NCBI GenBank assembly: GCA_900088475.1
Contig: FLMG01003228.1
Span: forward strand, 1-51,522
Reading direction: 5' to 3'
Length of the DNA: 51,522 nt
Source of the DNA: Hyphochytrium catenoides
Taxonomy: Eukaryota; Protista; Hyphochytriomycota
Positions 23,260 to 34,064 of this stretch are shown here, piece after piece; position 1 is the first letter of the stretch, and each line of letters begins with the position of its first letter. The notes beneath the pieces were generated by a model. That model was not told the DNA's origin, ran no database searches, and saw nothing but the letters and a program-made list of their open reading frames with translations. A program made the position numbers and the translations under genes.

Positions 23260-24851
23260 ATGGCTCCGACCTCGAATGGCCGGTCCAAAGGGAGAGGCAA
23301 AACGACATCAAGCAAGTCTGTCAAGACCAAGAAAGCTTCGAAAAGCAAGACATCAGCGACAACGAACAAGCGGAAGAAGAGGATCTCTCGGAAGCCAAGC
23401 AAAAGTAAGAAACAAAGAAGTCGAGGACTGGGGAGCGGTTTGTCAACAATCAAGCTCAGATGCAGTTCCCTGCTACGCCCTGTTTTTGGCTTGGAAGTGG
23501 GCGCGACTGTGACGAGAGGAGAGGCCGTGAAGAAGCTTTGGCAGTATATTAAGGCTAACCGGCTGCAGGATCCATTTGACGGTCGCTCTGTCATTTGTGA
23601 TGAAACGCTGCGACGGTTGTTTGGTGTCAGCAAGATCTCAATGTGAGTCATTTGTTACTTGGCTCCGAGTACTTTGTCCGTCGAGCTTTAACTTCTTCCT
23701 CCGCACCTCCGGTACCTAGGCTTGACATCCCTGGAGCTCTTGCGAAGCATCTATCTATTCATCAGGAACCCCACGCAGATGGGGAGAGCACTCTAACACG
23801 GGTTTCCAGTCCTGTCAGAGAAGTTGGTGACGAGGAGGTGATGGGCGTTTCTCCGGCCTTTCAAAGAATGATCCAGCAAACTCTCAAGTTGAGAAAGAGA
23901 AGCTCTGATGTTGCATCGACTGACTATGCGAAACTGACCCGAAGGCACGCTTTGCGCTGGCTAGGAAAGTATCTGATCGCGGCCGGTTTAAGGGTGCGTC
24001 ACTTACATTGCTTAAGAATCTCATACCCATACGGGACTTCTCTGATAAGCTTCATGCTCTCTATCCCACTGGCCCATAGCGCAAGGGCATCAGTCTAATC
24101 GAATGTGATGATCTGCTGAGGGAGCTTTTCAAGGTACTGCATTGCCAATATTATCCATCGGCTCACCTTTTTAGGCTCCTGACGGTCTGCTCGTCGATCA
24201 TAGGTCAGGACGTTCTCCATTCACGAAGCAAAAGGGCTCGTCAACCGCCATCTCCAGCCCCTTCATCATAGCGGGGAATTCCCTGATTGCGGTCGGACTT
24301 CTCAAGTTCCAGTTGCCAAACTCTCCAACGCTCAGGACTTGACGGTAGAACATCACGAACCTAAATCTCTCAAGGACTTCGCGCATTCCTTGCTTGATCC
24401 TCCAGTTGCAGAAGAGTTTTTGGGCTGGGCTCACAGAAGTCAAGCGACCCAGAAGTGCAAGGCGAGCACCAAGAGCTATGAAAGAGTTCTCTCTGCCTGG
24501 CTAGAAAACAAGACTTCGCAAACTTCACCCTCGGACTTCTCACCCAAGGCTTCGGAAGCAGGCAGGAGTCAGGCAGCATCATCTGAAGATGACACTTTGT
24601 GCATCATCTGCATGGAAAAGCCACGAAATGCGAGCTTGGTAAGTGGTTACGTAGCCTTCCTCAGTGCAGGTTTAAGGGACGGTACAGTTCCTAACGTTTA
24701 TGCTGCTGTCTCAACCTTGTCTTTCCAGGTGCATGGAAAGAGTGGGCACCAGGTGTGTTGTCTCAAATGCGCCAAAGACCTAAAGAAGCGTCGTCATCCG
24801 TGCCCCGTGTGCCGCAAGGGTATTGACCTCATCATTGAGAACTATCTATAG
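23260..24851 (+). CDS. Basic N-terminus plus two SWIB/MDM2-fold domains plus a C-terminal MDM2-type C2H2C4 RING (putative E3 ligase)
   Basis: Exons 23260-23642, 23720-23993, 24080-24133, 24204-24638, 24729-24851, all GT-AG and in frame. SWIB1: VTRGEAVKKLWQYIKANRLQDPFDGRSVICDETLRRLFG. SWIB2 (degenerate): LTRRHALRWLGKYL..LIECDDLLRELF. RING: CIICMEKPRNASLVHGKSGHQVCCLKCAKDLKKRRHPCPVCRKGIDLIIENYL*. Confidence 0.88.
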
Positions 24852-25025
24852 ATGGCTAAATATATTTATCATAAGACTCTGAGACACGTCTTGCCATCAC
24901 TGAGGTGTTGATAACTGATTTGTTCAGCCACAACTAAGGCTACGAACATCGCAGTCGAATGAACTGGGTGAGTCACTCCGCACGGCTTCACGTCTGAGGA
25001 ACGTCGATACGCTTAGCCAAACGCC

Positions 25026-26377
25026 TCACATATCCGTGGAGTTTATTATTTTGAGCGACTCCTGCAGTTTAGCCGTATATCTGTTTAGCGCCTCAACGAT
25101 CTCATCATCTTCACGCTCGCGGGTCTGAGACAACCAACCAATCAGAGAAGTTAGATCCACCTTTGCAATAAAGATACCGAGACGATATACCTGGCTTTCA
25201 GCTGTGAGTTGGTTCTTGAGGTTTGCTACTTCTTCCGACACGAAAGCGTGGAATTTCTCGTCCCCTTTAGCCTTGGTCTTCACTGCCTCCTCTAGAATCG
25301 TTTTCACAGTGCCATACTGCTTGGCTCGGTCCGTCTGAGAAATGCGATAACGTGTTATATGCGGCCTAGAAGTTGAAAGTAGATCCCTCACTGTGGTAAA
25401 CGAGGTACCTTCTCCGTTGTAAACCTCTCGGCCACTTCCTGCTCGTGGTCTGCTAACCGCTTCAAGATCTCTCCCTCTCGTGCTAGTCGGGATTCCTTTT
25501 CAGCTTTGAAAGCCTTCTGAAAGTCGTGAAGCTGCTTGGTGAGCTCCACATTCTTCCTTTCAATGTCCTCTGGAATCCGCTTCCTTTCATACTCAAACCT
25601 TTCCTCTAGGTTCTGCAACTTTTTGTTCTGTAAGGCGCCAAGATTGTGGCATCAGGAGCCATGCGCATGCAGAGACCACACTCAACAGACTGATTATATC
25701 TTACCAAGTCCACTACCTTCGCCTCTACTCCGTCTAGGCGGAGGCGGAGAACATTCTCAAAGCGCGTTGTCATAGAGAGTAGTTCAGTCTCAGCCCAAAC
25801 CTAGTAGCCAAGATAGCGTTACGTCAGAGAGACAAGGGTTGTGAGTGGAAGAGTAAAGAGCTGCTGTCATGGACCTGAATTGACTTATTGATCTCCATCC
25901 GACGCTTGATTTCTGCGTTGAGGTGCCGCTCCATCTGTGCTAGCTCATCGTGAAGCTCGTTGATGCGGTGCTCGTCATGTTCCCTTCTTTGCTGCAGAGA
26001 AGGGGCAACCAATCACTCTCAGGGTTCAGTTTTGATGGACAGGAATTCAAGCCTACCCGAGTGCCAATCTTCATACTCTTGTCAAACTCTACAAAATCTT
26101 CCATGATCTGGTTGAGCTTGACCTTGGTAAGGGTAGACGAGAGGACGGCGCTTCGCTCCAACGAATCCGGTGTGACCTCGAGGTCCTTTTCGGAGGGCCC
26201 GGCGTCCGGTGGTGGCAGTAGTGATGGCGCGGAATCATTCTTCATTGACATCAACGGGGCTTCTGCAGCCTCCTGGGATGGAAAAGGTGCCACTGGGGAT
26301 GACCCTTCTAGGGTATCTCCTAGTCCTAGAGGACTCTCCCCATTTGAGGGCTGGCCATCAACAGTTGGACTTTCCAT
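25026..26377 (-). CDS. SF-assemblin / beta-giardin family striated-fibre protein; multi-exon
   Basis: Pro-rich head followed by coiled coil: LNAEIKRRMEINKSIQ, EKESRLAREGEILKRL, and the family-typical C-terminus REREDDEIVEALNRYTAKLQESLKIIN. Confidence 0.9.
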
Positions 26378-27138
26378 TTATCCTTAGCGAGCAATGCTCG
26401 GTGGGCCAGAGCTTACGTAATCTGTGCTCTTGTGATTGTCTCTAAGCCATCATGGTTGACGGAAAGGTGGCTTGTCTGCCCAAGTGGAAGTAATTGACCC
26501 TGACGGAGGTGACGAATAAGGACGCAAGAGTAGGTGGCTGAGGATAATGCTCGGATCGAATCTGGGAGCTCGATAAGAAAAGCAACAAGGAGAACAGATC
26601 AGCCTAATGAGGAGGTGGGCGGTCTGGCAGGGGGAAACCAGGCATGGGACTGAGGACAGGAGCGTCAAGCGAGGAGGAAGCCGCTGCATTGTTGACAGCC
26701 GAAGCCAAGGCCAAGGGACATCATCATCAATCAGACAGCCACTGTCCCCTTCTGTCTGTCTGTATGTAACAACCTCAATTGCTGCTGCCGCGACCCAAGA
26801 ATGCCCTTTCCTTCTCATCTTGGCATAACGAAAGGGACAAAAAACTGGAGATAGAGATCAGTTATTAGATCACTTTACTGATTCATTCGATACAATCATG
26901 GAGGAAATAATGATGAATGTGAAAGGCCCTTTTTATTATACAGGGTAAAGGTTAGAATATTGTACAGTAGAACTATCGAGAGGCTGGTGATGGGACTGTC
27001 TGCTCATCAGGGGCGTAAGTTAGTCCCATAAAGAGTCAGCCTTGCAGGTGAGAGTAGCCTCTCTCTTGAAAAGCTTCATGCTTCTCATTGTTGTCTCGGT
27101 CAGTACAAACAATTTCTTATCCATTAAGTTCTTATAAG

Positions 27139-28194
27139 TTACACCAGTTTGTTCATGACGTTCAGGATCTCATTGAACTCAATATTTTCTTTGAACTTCT
27201 TGGGAAGAATCTGGTTCTGTTCGTTAGGCTTGACCTTAATACCGCCTTCTGCTGTGATGGTCCATCCTTCCGCTGCGATAAGGATAGGAGTAAGCTTGCC
27301 GCGAATCCAAACAGCTTTAAAAGAATAGCGTTAATGTCTCCTACCTTCTACCAGCTGCTTGAACCTATTATCGTCTAGACTGAGTGCCTCCTTAAGAACG
27401 GCCTTAGGTACCACCTGGGATAGACGACAAGAAATAAGGTACATGCCTTCGCCTTTGAGCATCGATCGAGGCATTTCACACCTGATACGTGATAGAGATT
27501 GCTGCTATGATGAAAGTTCTGATGGAATCGAAGAAGCCTGGAACAGTCTCAGCCATTTCATTGTTCTCTGCCCAAAATTCCTGCAATTACTGAAGGGTTG
27601 GCACTGGGAGGCAGTAAAAGGGACATTAACATAGTCAACTAACCCTGAACTTCGCCGATTCAAGGTTAGCGTGGTGATCAATAAGATGCTTGATTGTTGC
27701 CGTCTGTGTAAGGTACAAGGTTAGGATCAAGGATGATTGAGTGTGCATATCCTCCACCCTTACCTCTTGATACTGAGCTGGAATAAGCGCCCGAACCAGG
27801 AAGAAGTCATTGCTTGGCAANNNNNNNNNNNNNNNNNNNNNNNNNNNNNNNNNNNNNNNNNNNNNNNTCGTTAGAACATCCTCATTATAATAGGATGGGA
27901 AGAGCTGATATAGGGTCAGAAGGGCAAGGTTGGACTCGAAGTCGTAGGTTCTAGTCTTGATTTGTTCTGACACGAAGTCCTCCAGCAGTGGGATGATATT
28001 AGGGTTATAAGGGTCCTCTTCCAGCGCATCCCGCACTTCCAAAGATAATGTGGTTGGTTCTGCAAAAGATGTCAGCTTATGAAGCGTCCAGCAGAAGACT
28101 TCGATAACCTACCGTAGCTTGGATCCTCCACACTCTGCTGTGACAGGAAGAAGCTTGAAGCCTTTCTGTGGTCAAAGCCGCTGATGACTCTCAT
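27139..28194 (-). CDS. EIF3K: Eukaryotic translation initiation factor 3 subunit K; multi-exon; start codon uncertain; contains an N gap
   Basis: YNPNIIPLLEDFV.EQ...TYDFESNLALLTLYQLFP, LPSNDF, LESAKF..EFW, and C-terminal PKKFKENIEFNEIL. Confidence 0.88.
27821..27867. other. Assembly gap (N run) inside eIF3k
   Basis: Run of N. Confidence 0.99.
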
Positions 28195-29050
28195 TTTTCT
28201 TTCCCTTAGTGTTCGTCGTGGCTGCCTTCTCTAATGCAATGTCAGGAAGAGATGAAACCTTTAGCCTCACTGTTTACAATCTTCCCGCGCGTTGCTGTCT
28301 TGCTAGCGGAGAGGGTGAGACGGATGCAGATGAAGATTCTTCATCTCATAGCTTGTGATCTCGCTCCTGTGGTGGCGCCGCCCGATCCAATGAAGCTTCA
28401 CAAACCCTGCCTTGAAAGGTTTTGGATTATCACGAAATACATGAATGTATTCCAAAGGGTAGGTAACCTTATACCTGATACTAGATTTTTAAATGATTAC
28501 CGAGCTCAACTTCTCTGATCTGTTTGACTGTGGTTATCGCTGACAGGGATCAACCAGGATGTCAATAAAGTTTGAGCTCTTGAATCTCATCAGCTCATCA
28601 GCAATGGTCCGCGATGAGGACGGACGAGACCTGTGCGCATCTTGATGGGGAACTGTCAAGGGATTGTTGATCTATGAGAAGCCCAAGACAGAGCATAAAG
28701 CTGGCCGCCAGCTTCGGGGAAGCTATTCGACGTGGGAGCCCACAGAGATTTATGCCTTTGTGCGGTCCTCTTGTGAGGCGATCAGCTAGCAGCAGGTGAG
28801 CCTTTACATTGTTGATGGGCCTCGGGTAGACTTCACTATCTGCGCGGTCTTCAATGGACCGTATGATCGTCTGAGCTGTGCTTACATCCTTCTTCTGCAG
28901 TGCATATGACGCATAACAGTATTTAGTGGGCAGTATAGCACTGTTCCTCGCCATGGGCATAGAGCCTCGCTGCAGTTAATGCATGTTGCTCAGTGAGGGC
29001 ACGCCAAGGGCAGTTTACGCCCATTAAAGCTCGTTGGAGCCAGAATCACA

Positions 29051-29913
29051 ATGCCGCGGAAAAAAGGAAAGGGTAAAGCAGCTCCAAAGCAGGCTCCTTC
29101 AACGTCAACTGGAGCTAGTGGAATAGGACCAGCTACGACTGCTGAACAGTCAGACCTAGCAGGTATCAAGTCGGTTTTGCAAAGCAAGCGGCAAACCAGC
29201 CTTCCTTAAGCTTTTTTTTCGCACAGGGCAAAGCGGAACTAAGGTGACGTATGAGTCATACAAAAACGAGACCCAGATGCCGGCTATAATGGGTCTGATC
29301 GATAAAGACTTATCAGAACCATATTCCATTTTCACCTATAGATATTTCATCCATAACTGGCCTCATCTGTGTTTGCTGGTGAGGGTGATCAGGACGGTCT
29401 TATATACCTCTATGATCCGCTGCTAACATTCTTCATATAGTCAAGAGTGGAAGAGAAGTACGTGGGTGTCATCGTCTGTAAGGCAGATGAACATAAGCAG
29501 AGGCTGCGAGGTTATGTCGCGATGCTGGCGGTGGATCAGAATTATAGAAACTTAGGCATAGGTGGGTACATCCAAACTCTGGTCCTCGTTGGTCCCCTTT
29601 GACCCCTTCCTTGCCAGCAATCGTTCTCACTCCTCATTTTATCCCTTGTAGGATCATCCTTAGCGAAGAGGGCGATAGATGAAATGATCAAATGTGGCTG
29701 TGACGAGGTAGGGAGCAAGGTTTCTGTACGGAGAAGAACTTGTGACTAACGTCGATTCTCCATCACGACCTTTAGATTGTGCTCGAGACTGAAGTGACCA
29801 ACAAAGGAGCTTTACGGCTCTATGAGAACCTTGGTTTTGCGCGCGACGCGAGACTCTGCAAGTACTATCTGAATGGCGTAGACGCCTTCCGATTGAAGTT
29901 GTGGCTCAAGTAG
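29051..29913 (+). CDS. NAA30: N-alpha-acetyltransferase 30 (NatC catalytic subunit, Mak3); 5 exons
   Basis: [73 protein letters not shown]. Confidence 0.97.
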
Positions 29914-30026
29914 GTGGACTCTCTTCTAGTCGCGATGGCGCCACTCTTTCCTCATAATTTATCAGGCTTCACTGGACGCCTGTGGACATGAAAACGTGAA
30001 TAAAGCATTAGTCTTGGCAACCTTTT

Positions 30027-31259
30027 TTATGAGAATCTTTCAGCGACGCGACAAACCTCTGGCTGGGGACGCGAAAGCTCTTGTTGCACTTCGTGCCGTA
30101 GTTGCCGCAAGCCATCGTCACCAGCACAATGCTGCATAGCAAAGTCTGCTGCCTTCAGTGCCTCTTTATAGTTTTTCATCTGCATGTAGGACTCAATACA
30201 AAGGCGGTGCGCTTGCTTGAGTGTAGGATCTAAACCCAAAGCTCTGATGGCGTCGCAAGCAGCGTCATTAGGTAGTCCCAGCTTCGACATGCAGATACTC
30301 CTGGAAGGGGAAAAGGAGGTTATGACAGGATCAATAATTTGTCGGCAATAGTTGTTGCTGGGCTAGATTTACCTTTGCAGATGAGTGTCAGCATCTGTGC
30401 CGTCTAACTTGAGCGCGTTAGTGTACTCTTGAGCGGCTCCTAGGTAGTCATGCTGCTCAAACTTTCTAGCACCTTCTTCCCTAATGGTAGGGTCAGTTAG
30501 AAAACTTGGGGTGGTAGCAGGCTGAAGGCCAACGATCCTACTTTTCGAGGATTCTCTCTGGTTTCTGCAACGCTGAATACTCTGAGAGAAGTGCAAGAGC
30601 TCTTTCTCTATCGCCTTGACTACTGGCTCCTCCGTCCCTTACCACCTGCAGTGGCGAGCTCCCTACGAGAATGCAGGTCTCTCACTTGCTGTTGCTTGAG
30701 GAGCTGTCGGCCAAGGAGGTCGAACCTACCTTTCCAATCCACAACGTTTGCTTTAGCGTCATACTTCTTCAAGAGGAGCTCGATGATCTTGTCGTGACAG
30801 TACATGGCAGCTAGGAGCAACGGCGTCTCGTTGGCCATATTAAGTCCATCCACAGGGCAGCCGGCATCGAGAACAAGCTAGGCGGGTCCTTGTAAGGTTT
30901 AATAGCAGACCTGTGGTACGCCAAGATAGGCTGACCTGCATTATCTCAATGTTGTTCTTCAGGGCTGCAAAGTGCGCAGCGCTCCAGCCTAAGTGCTCCC
31001 TAACCTCTGCGTTGGCTCCCTTCGATAGGAGAAAGCGCACCGCGTCCACATTTACCTTGTTCGCAGCCATAAGGAGAAGCGTATGCCCCTGAGCATCCTT
31101 CCTGTCAATATCTCCACCAGTCTCAATGAACTGCTGCACGACCTGAAAGAATTGCTCTGAAACGTCAATTATGCCTTCGATTAGTATCTCCCGGTCGCGA
31201 CAGAGACAGGCACCAAGCGCCGACTCACCATCAGACTTCAGATCTTCACTGTGCCCCAT
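30027..31259 (-). CDS. Ankyrin-repeat plus TPR-repeat protein; multi-exon
   Basis: ANK motifs GHTLLLMAA, GWSAAHFAA, ETPLLLAA. TPR-like EEGARKFEQHDYLGAAQEYTNALKLD and DAIRALGLDP. Confidence 0.8.
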
Positions 31260-31915
31260 TCTGCCTTAGACACAAGAACTGGAGCCGTGCTGCTATCTAC
31301 TTAGCCAAAAATCACTTAGTCGCAAGATTTCGAGTGTGTTGTGTGGTGGTCCTAGAGGTAAGGAAAGCTAAGGAATGGAGAAGTGAGCGAGGAACGCGCT
31401 CGAGGACAACAGCTGTTCCGTTCAAAAAGGGCGATTAGGAGGTGAGTCGCATCACTCTTTCCGCAATGGCAGATCTCTGCATCATCATCCGCCAGCAGGA
31501 GGAGGCAGGCAAGGGGATGATGCCATGACGACGGCCGGCGAAAGAACGAACCAGATGCGAACAGGCCCGCGAGGACCGCAAACGCCCAATCTCAGCGGTG
31601 GTGCAGGAGTTTAGAATCACCAAAAGAAGAAGGAGGAAAGAAGACCAATTTACGAACCTTCTGATGACATCGGCAGACAATGATGAGGGCACAGGTAAGA
31701 ATGTTGGGGACCGAAAGCTCAAAGCCCAAGAAGAGTCACTTTAGGGCAGGAGCACGCAGCGAAGGGCTGGGCTTTAGAATGGGAAGGCAGTTATCCATGC
31801 CGAAGAGACGTACTACCTGAGGAAGACTTCTTACCGATCGTCCCTCGTCTTTAGCTCATGACTTGAGCCTTTCCGCATAATGCCATAGGTTCCCGGTCCG
31901 TCTACATTATCAAAG

Positions 31916-33211
31916 ATGTTTATTGACCTGAACATCAATGGCGGTCAGAACTACCGCGGGAGTCAGGCGGAGATGGCAGCTTGTCTGAAGATGGCTAACG
32001 AGCGTAAGCTGTACCTCATTATTCTTTCAGTGTTCCAGAGGTCTAAACCTTCTATTGTGCCAGTGGGATACCGCCTCATTGCCTGGAACCGCAGTGTCGA
32101 GCTACCCCTGAAGCCGTCTGATGTCGGTTACACCTTTCTGATTGTCCTTTCTAACTGGCGCAACTCATGTAGCTGCACGCGTAGGCTGCCAGCTCTCGCT
32201 TACCCCTGACAGATGAGCTCGAGCTTGCCACGCAAACGCACTATCTCAAAACGGGTTCATCTTCCTCTGGTATGGAAAGCTCTTCATTCAAGGCTCCTCT
32301 TCAACAGCTGCAGCGTATTACTATCGTCCAAAGTGATGCCAGCAGCTTCCTCCACTTGGTAAGAATAATTGACTCAGCTGGCTTTGCCCTAGACATTCGG
32401 CTAATGTCTAATCGAGCATTTTAGAGGCCAGGCCATCCAGTCACCAGCACGTATGACATCGTAGCTGTGCAGCCCGAATCGGAAAAGGTTTTTCAAGCTC
32501 TCTGTGAGACGGAGGATGTCGACCTCATCACCTTGGATCTATCGCGTCGCCTGCCCTTCACCATGCGGAAGGCGCTGGTGGATAAAGCATTGAAACGAGG
32601 GCTGATGTTTGAGGTCACGTACAGCCAGGCTATAGCAGGTGAGGAAGGTGCCTACTCGTACACAAGGCCATGTGCCTAACTAAATGGGGGACTCGTTAGA
32701 CTCGACGGCTCGAAGATACCTCCTTTCTAATGCAGCACAACTGATGAAGCTGACGAAGGGTAAAAACATCGTAATCTCTAGGTGAGTCTTAGTAGAGGAG
32801 CTCAATGATACCGTGAGTCCGCAAAGCACTAAGACGTGAGCTACAGTGGTGCGGATAGGGCACTCTTTATTCGAGGGCCTTATGACGTTATGAACTTGGG
32901 CATCATGCTGTCTCTCTCGCAACAGACCGCCAGATTTGCCACCAGTGCGAATTGCGAGTGCGTTCTTCGTCGTGCCGGTGAGTGATTCTGACGCGGCTTC
33001 TCAACTTGTCCGGGACGCGCGCTGACGCAATGGGATGATGATAGAGATTAGGAAGAGCTTTGGGACTGGTGTGAGCATGCGACCACTGGCTTCAGCACAA
33101 GAGCAAGACGTAGCTGGGCTAGTGAAAAGAAAAACTCCAGAGCAGAGTTCGGAAAAAGTGCAAGGCCCAAAGTTCAAAAAGAGCAAGAAGTCGAAGAAAG
33201 GCAAAGCCTAG
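31916..33211 (+). CDS. RPP30: RNase P/MRP protein subunit p30; multi-exon
   Basis: MFIDLN, YDIVAVQPESEKVFQALC, DLITLDLSRRLPF, GLMFEVTYS, RRYLLSNAAQL, KGKNIVISSGA, RGPYDVMNL; Lys-rich tail. Confidence 0.93.
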
Positions 33212-34064
33212 ATCCTGATGCCATGGCCGATGGCTTGTCATTATGTCCGGTGCATCTCTGAGGGTCAAATCCGGCTATGCTTGAGCCTACGAACGGCCCA
33301 TCTGATTCCCTACCGTTCCTTGAGCTTGCTTGGAAGACCACCCTCTCCTTGCCTACACCTTCTCATGGCTTATACCCTGGGAGATGGTTGGCAGTCTCGC
33401 TAGATTGCTAGCAACGCTTCTACTGCTGGGGCAGAACTCATGGTGAAAGGAGAGACGCGGAGCATGCTCTTGATGTCAGACAGAGACACAGCCACCATGA
33501 GTGCAATCAATACTGGGAATCTTTGCAAAGCTATAGTGAAATATTCCGCATAGAGCTTAGATTAACATAAGAATACTTCCTTCAAACAAACCTGAATGAA
33601 AGCTTCATCCTGTAACCGACCATTCTGGTCTTTGACTTGATTGCACTAACAAAAGGTCTGCGATGTCTGTCTCTTCATCCTTCCTTCCTTCCTCTCCTCC
33701 TGAGGCGAGGGCAGGCCAGCCTTCCCATGACCGCATTAGGGTCTGCATCCTGTGCCATGTTCAGGGACCGATAGTGAGCTCTAATCTTTATCTAAAGGAG
33801 AGCCAGGCAATGAGGCGAGTACCCAGGGCAGCTAAGTGGCGGGCATCCGACAGATTAAGTCCTGGGCACCGTGCTTTGGCGAGGGATCGAGTTTGCACGC
33901 CTCTGTAAGCCCACCAAGGTTATTAGCTTCCTTACCGCGGCCGCCTTCGCTTTTCGATAGAAGCACTTACAATGAGTTAAGGGAAGTGGTGTGCCTGCCT
34001 GCCATCAAAGATGTCGCCGGCGCCTTAACTCGTTGAGCCCTAGTGAGACACTGCTAAAGTGGTG

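Noticed and set aside
28234-28960. Short ORFs between eIF3k and NAA30
   Set aside because: No recognisable motifs; consistent with divergent promoter/UTR sequence.
29160-29230. Other GTAT-starting donors (GTATCA here; GTATGC, GTATGT, GTATAT elsewhere) as further U12 introns
   Set aside because: They lack the TATCCT consensus and I saw no CCTTRAC branch site; treated as U2-type.
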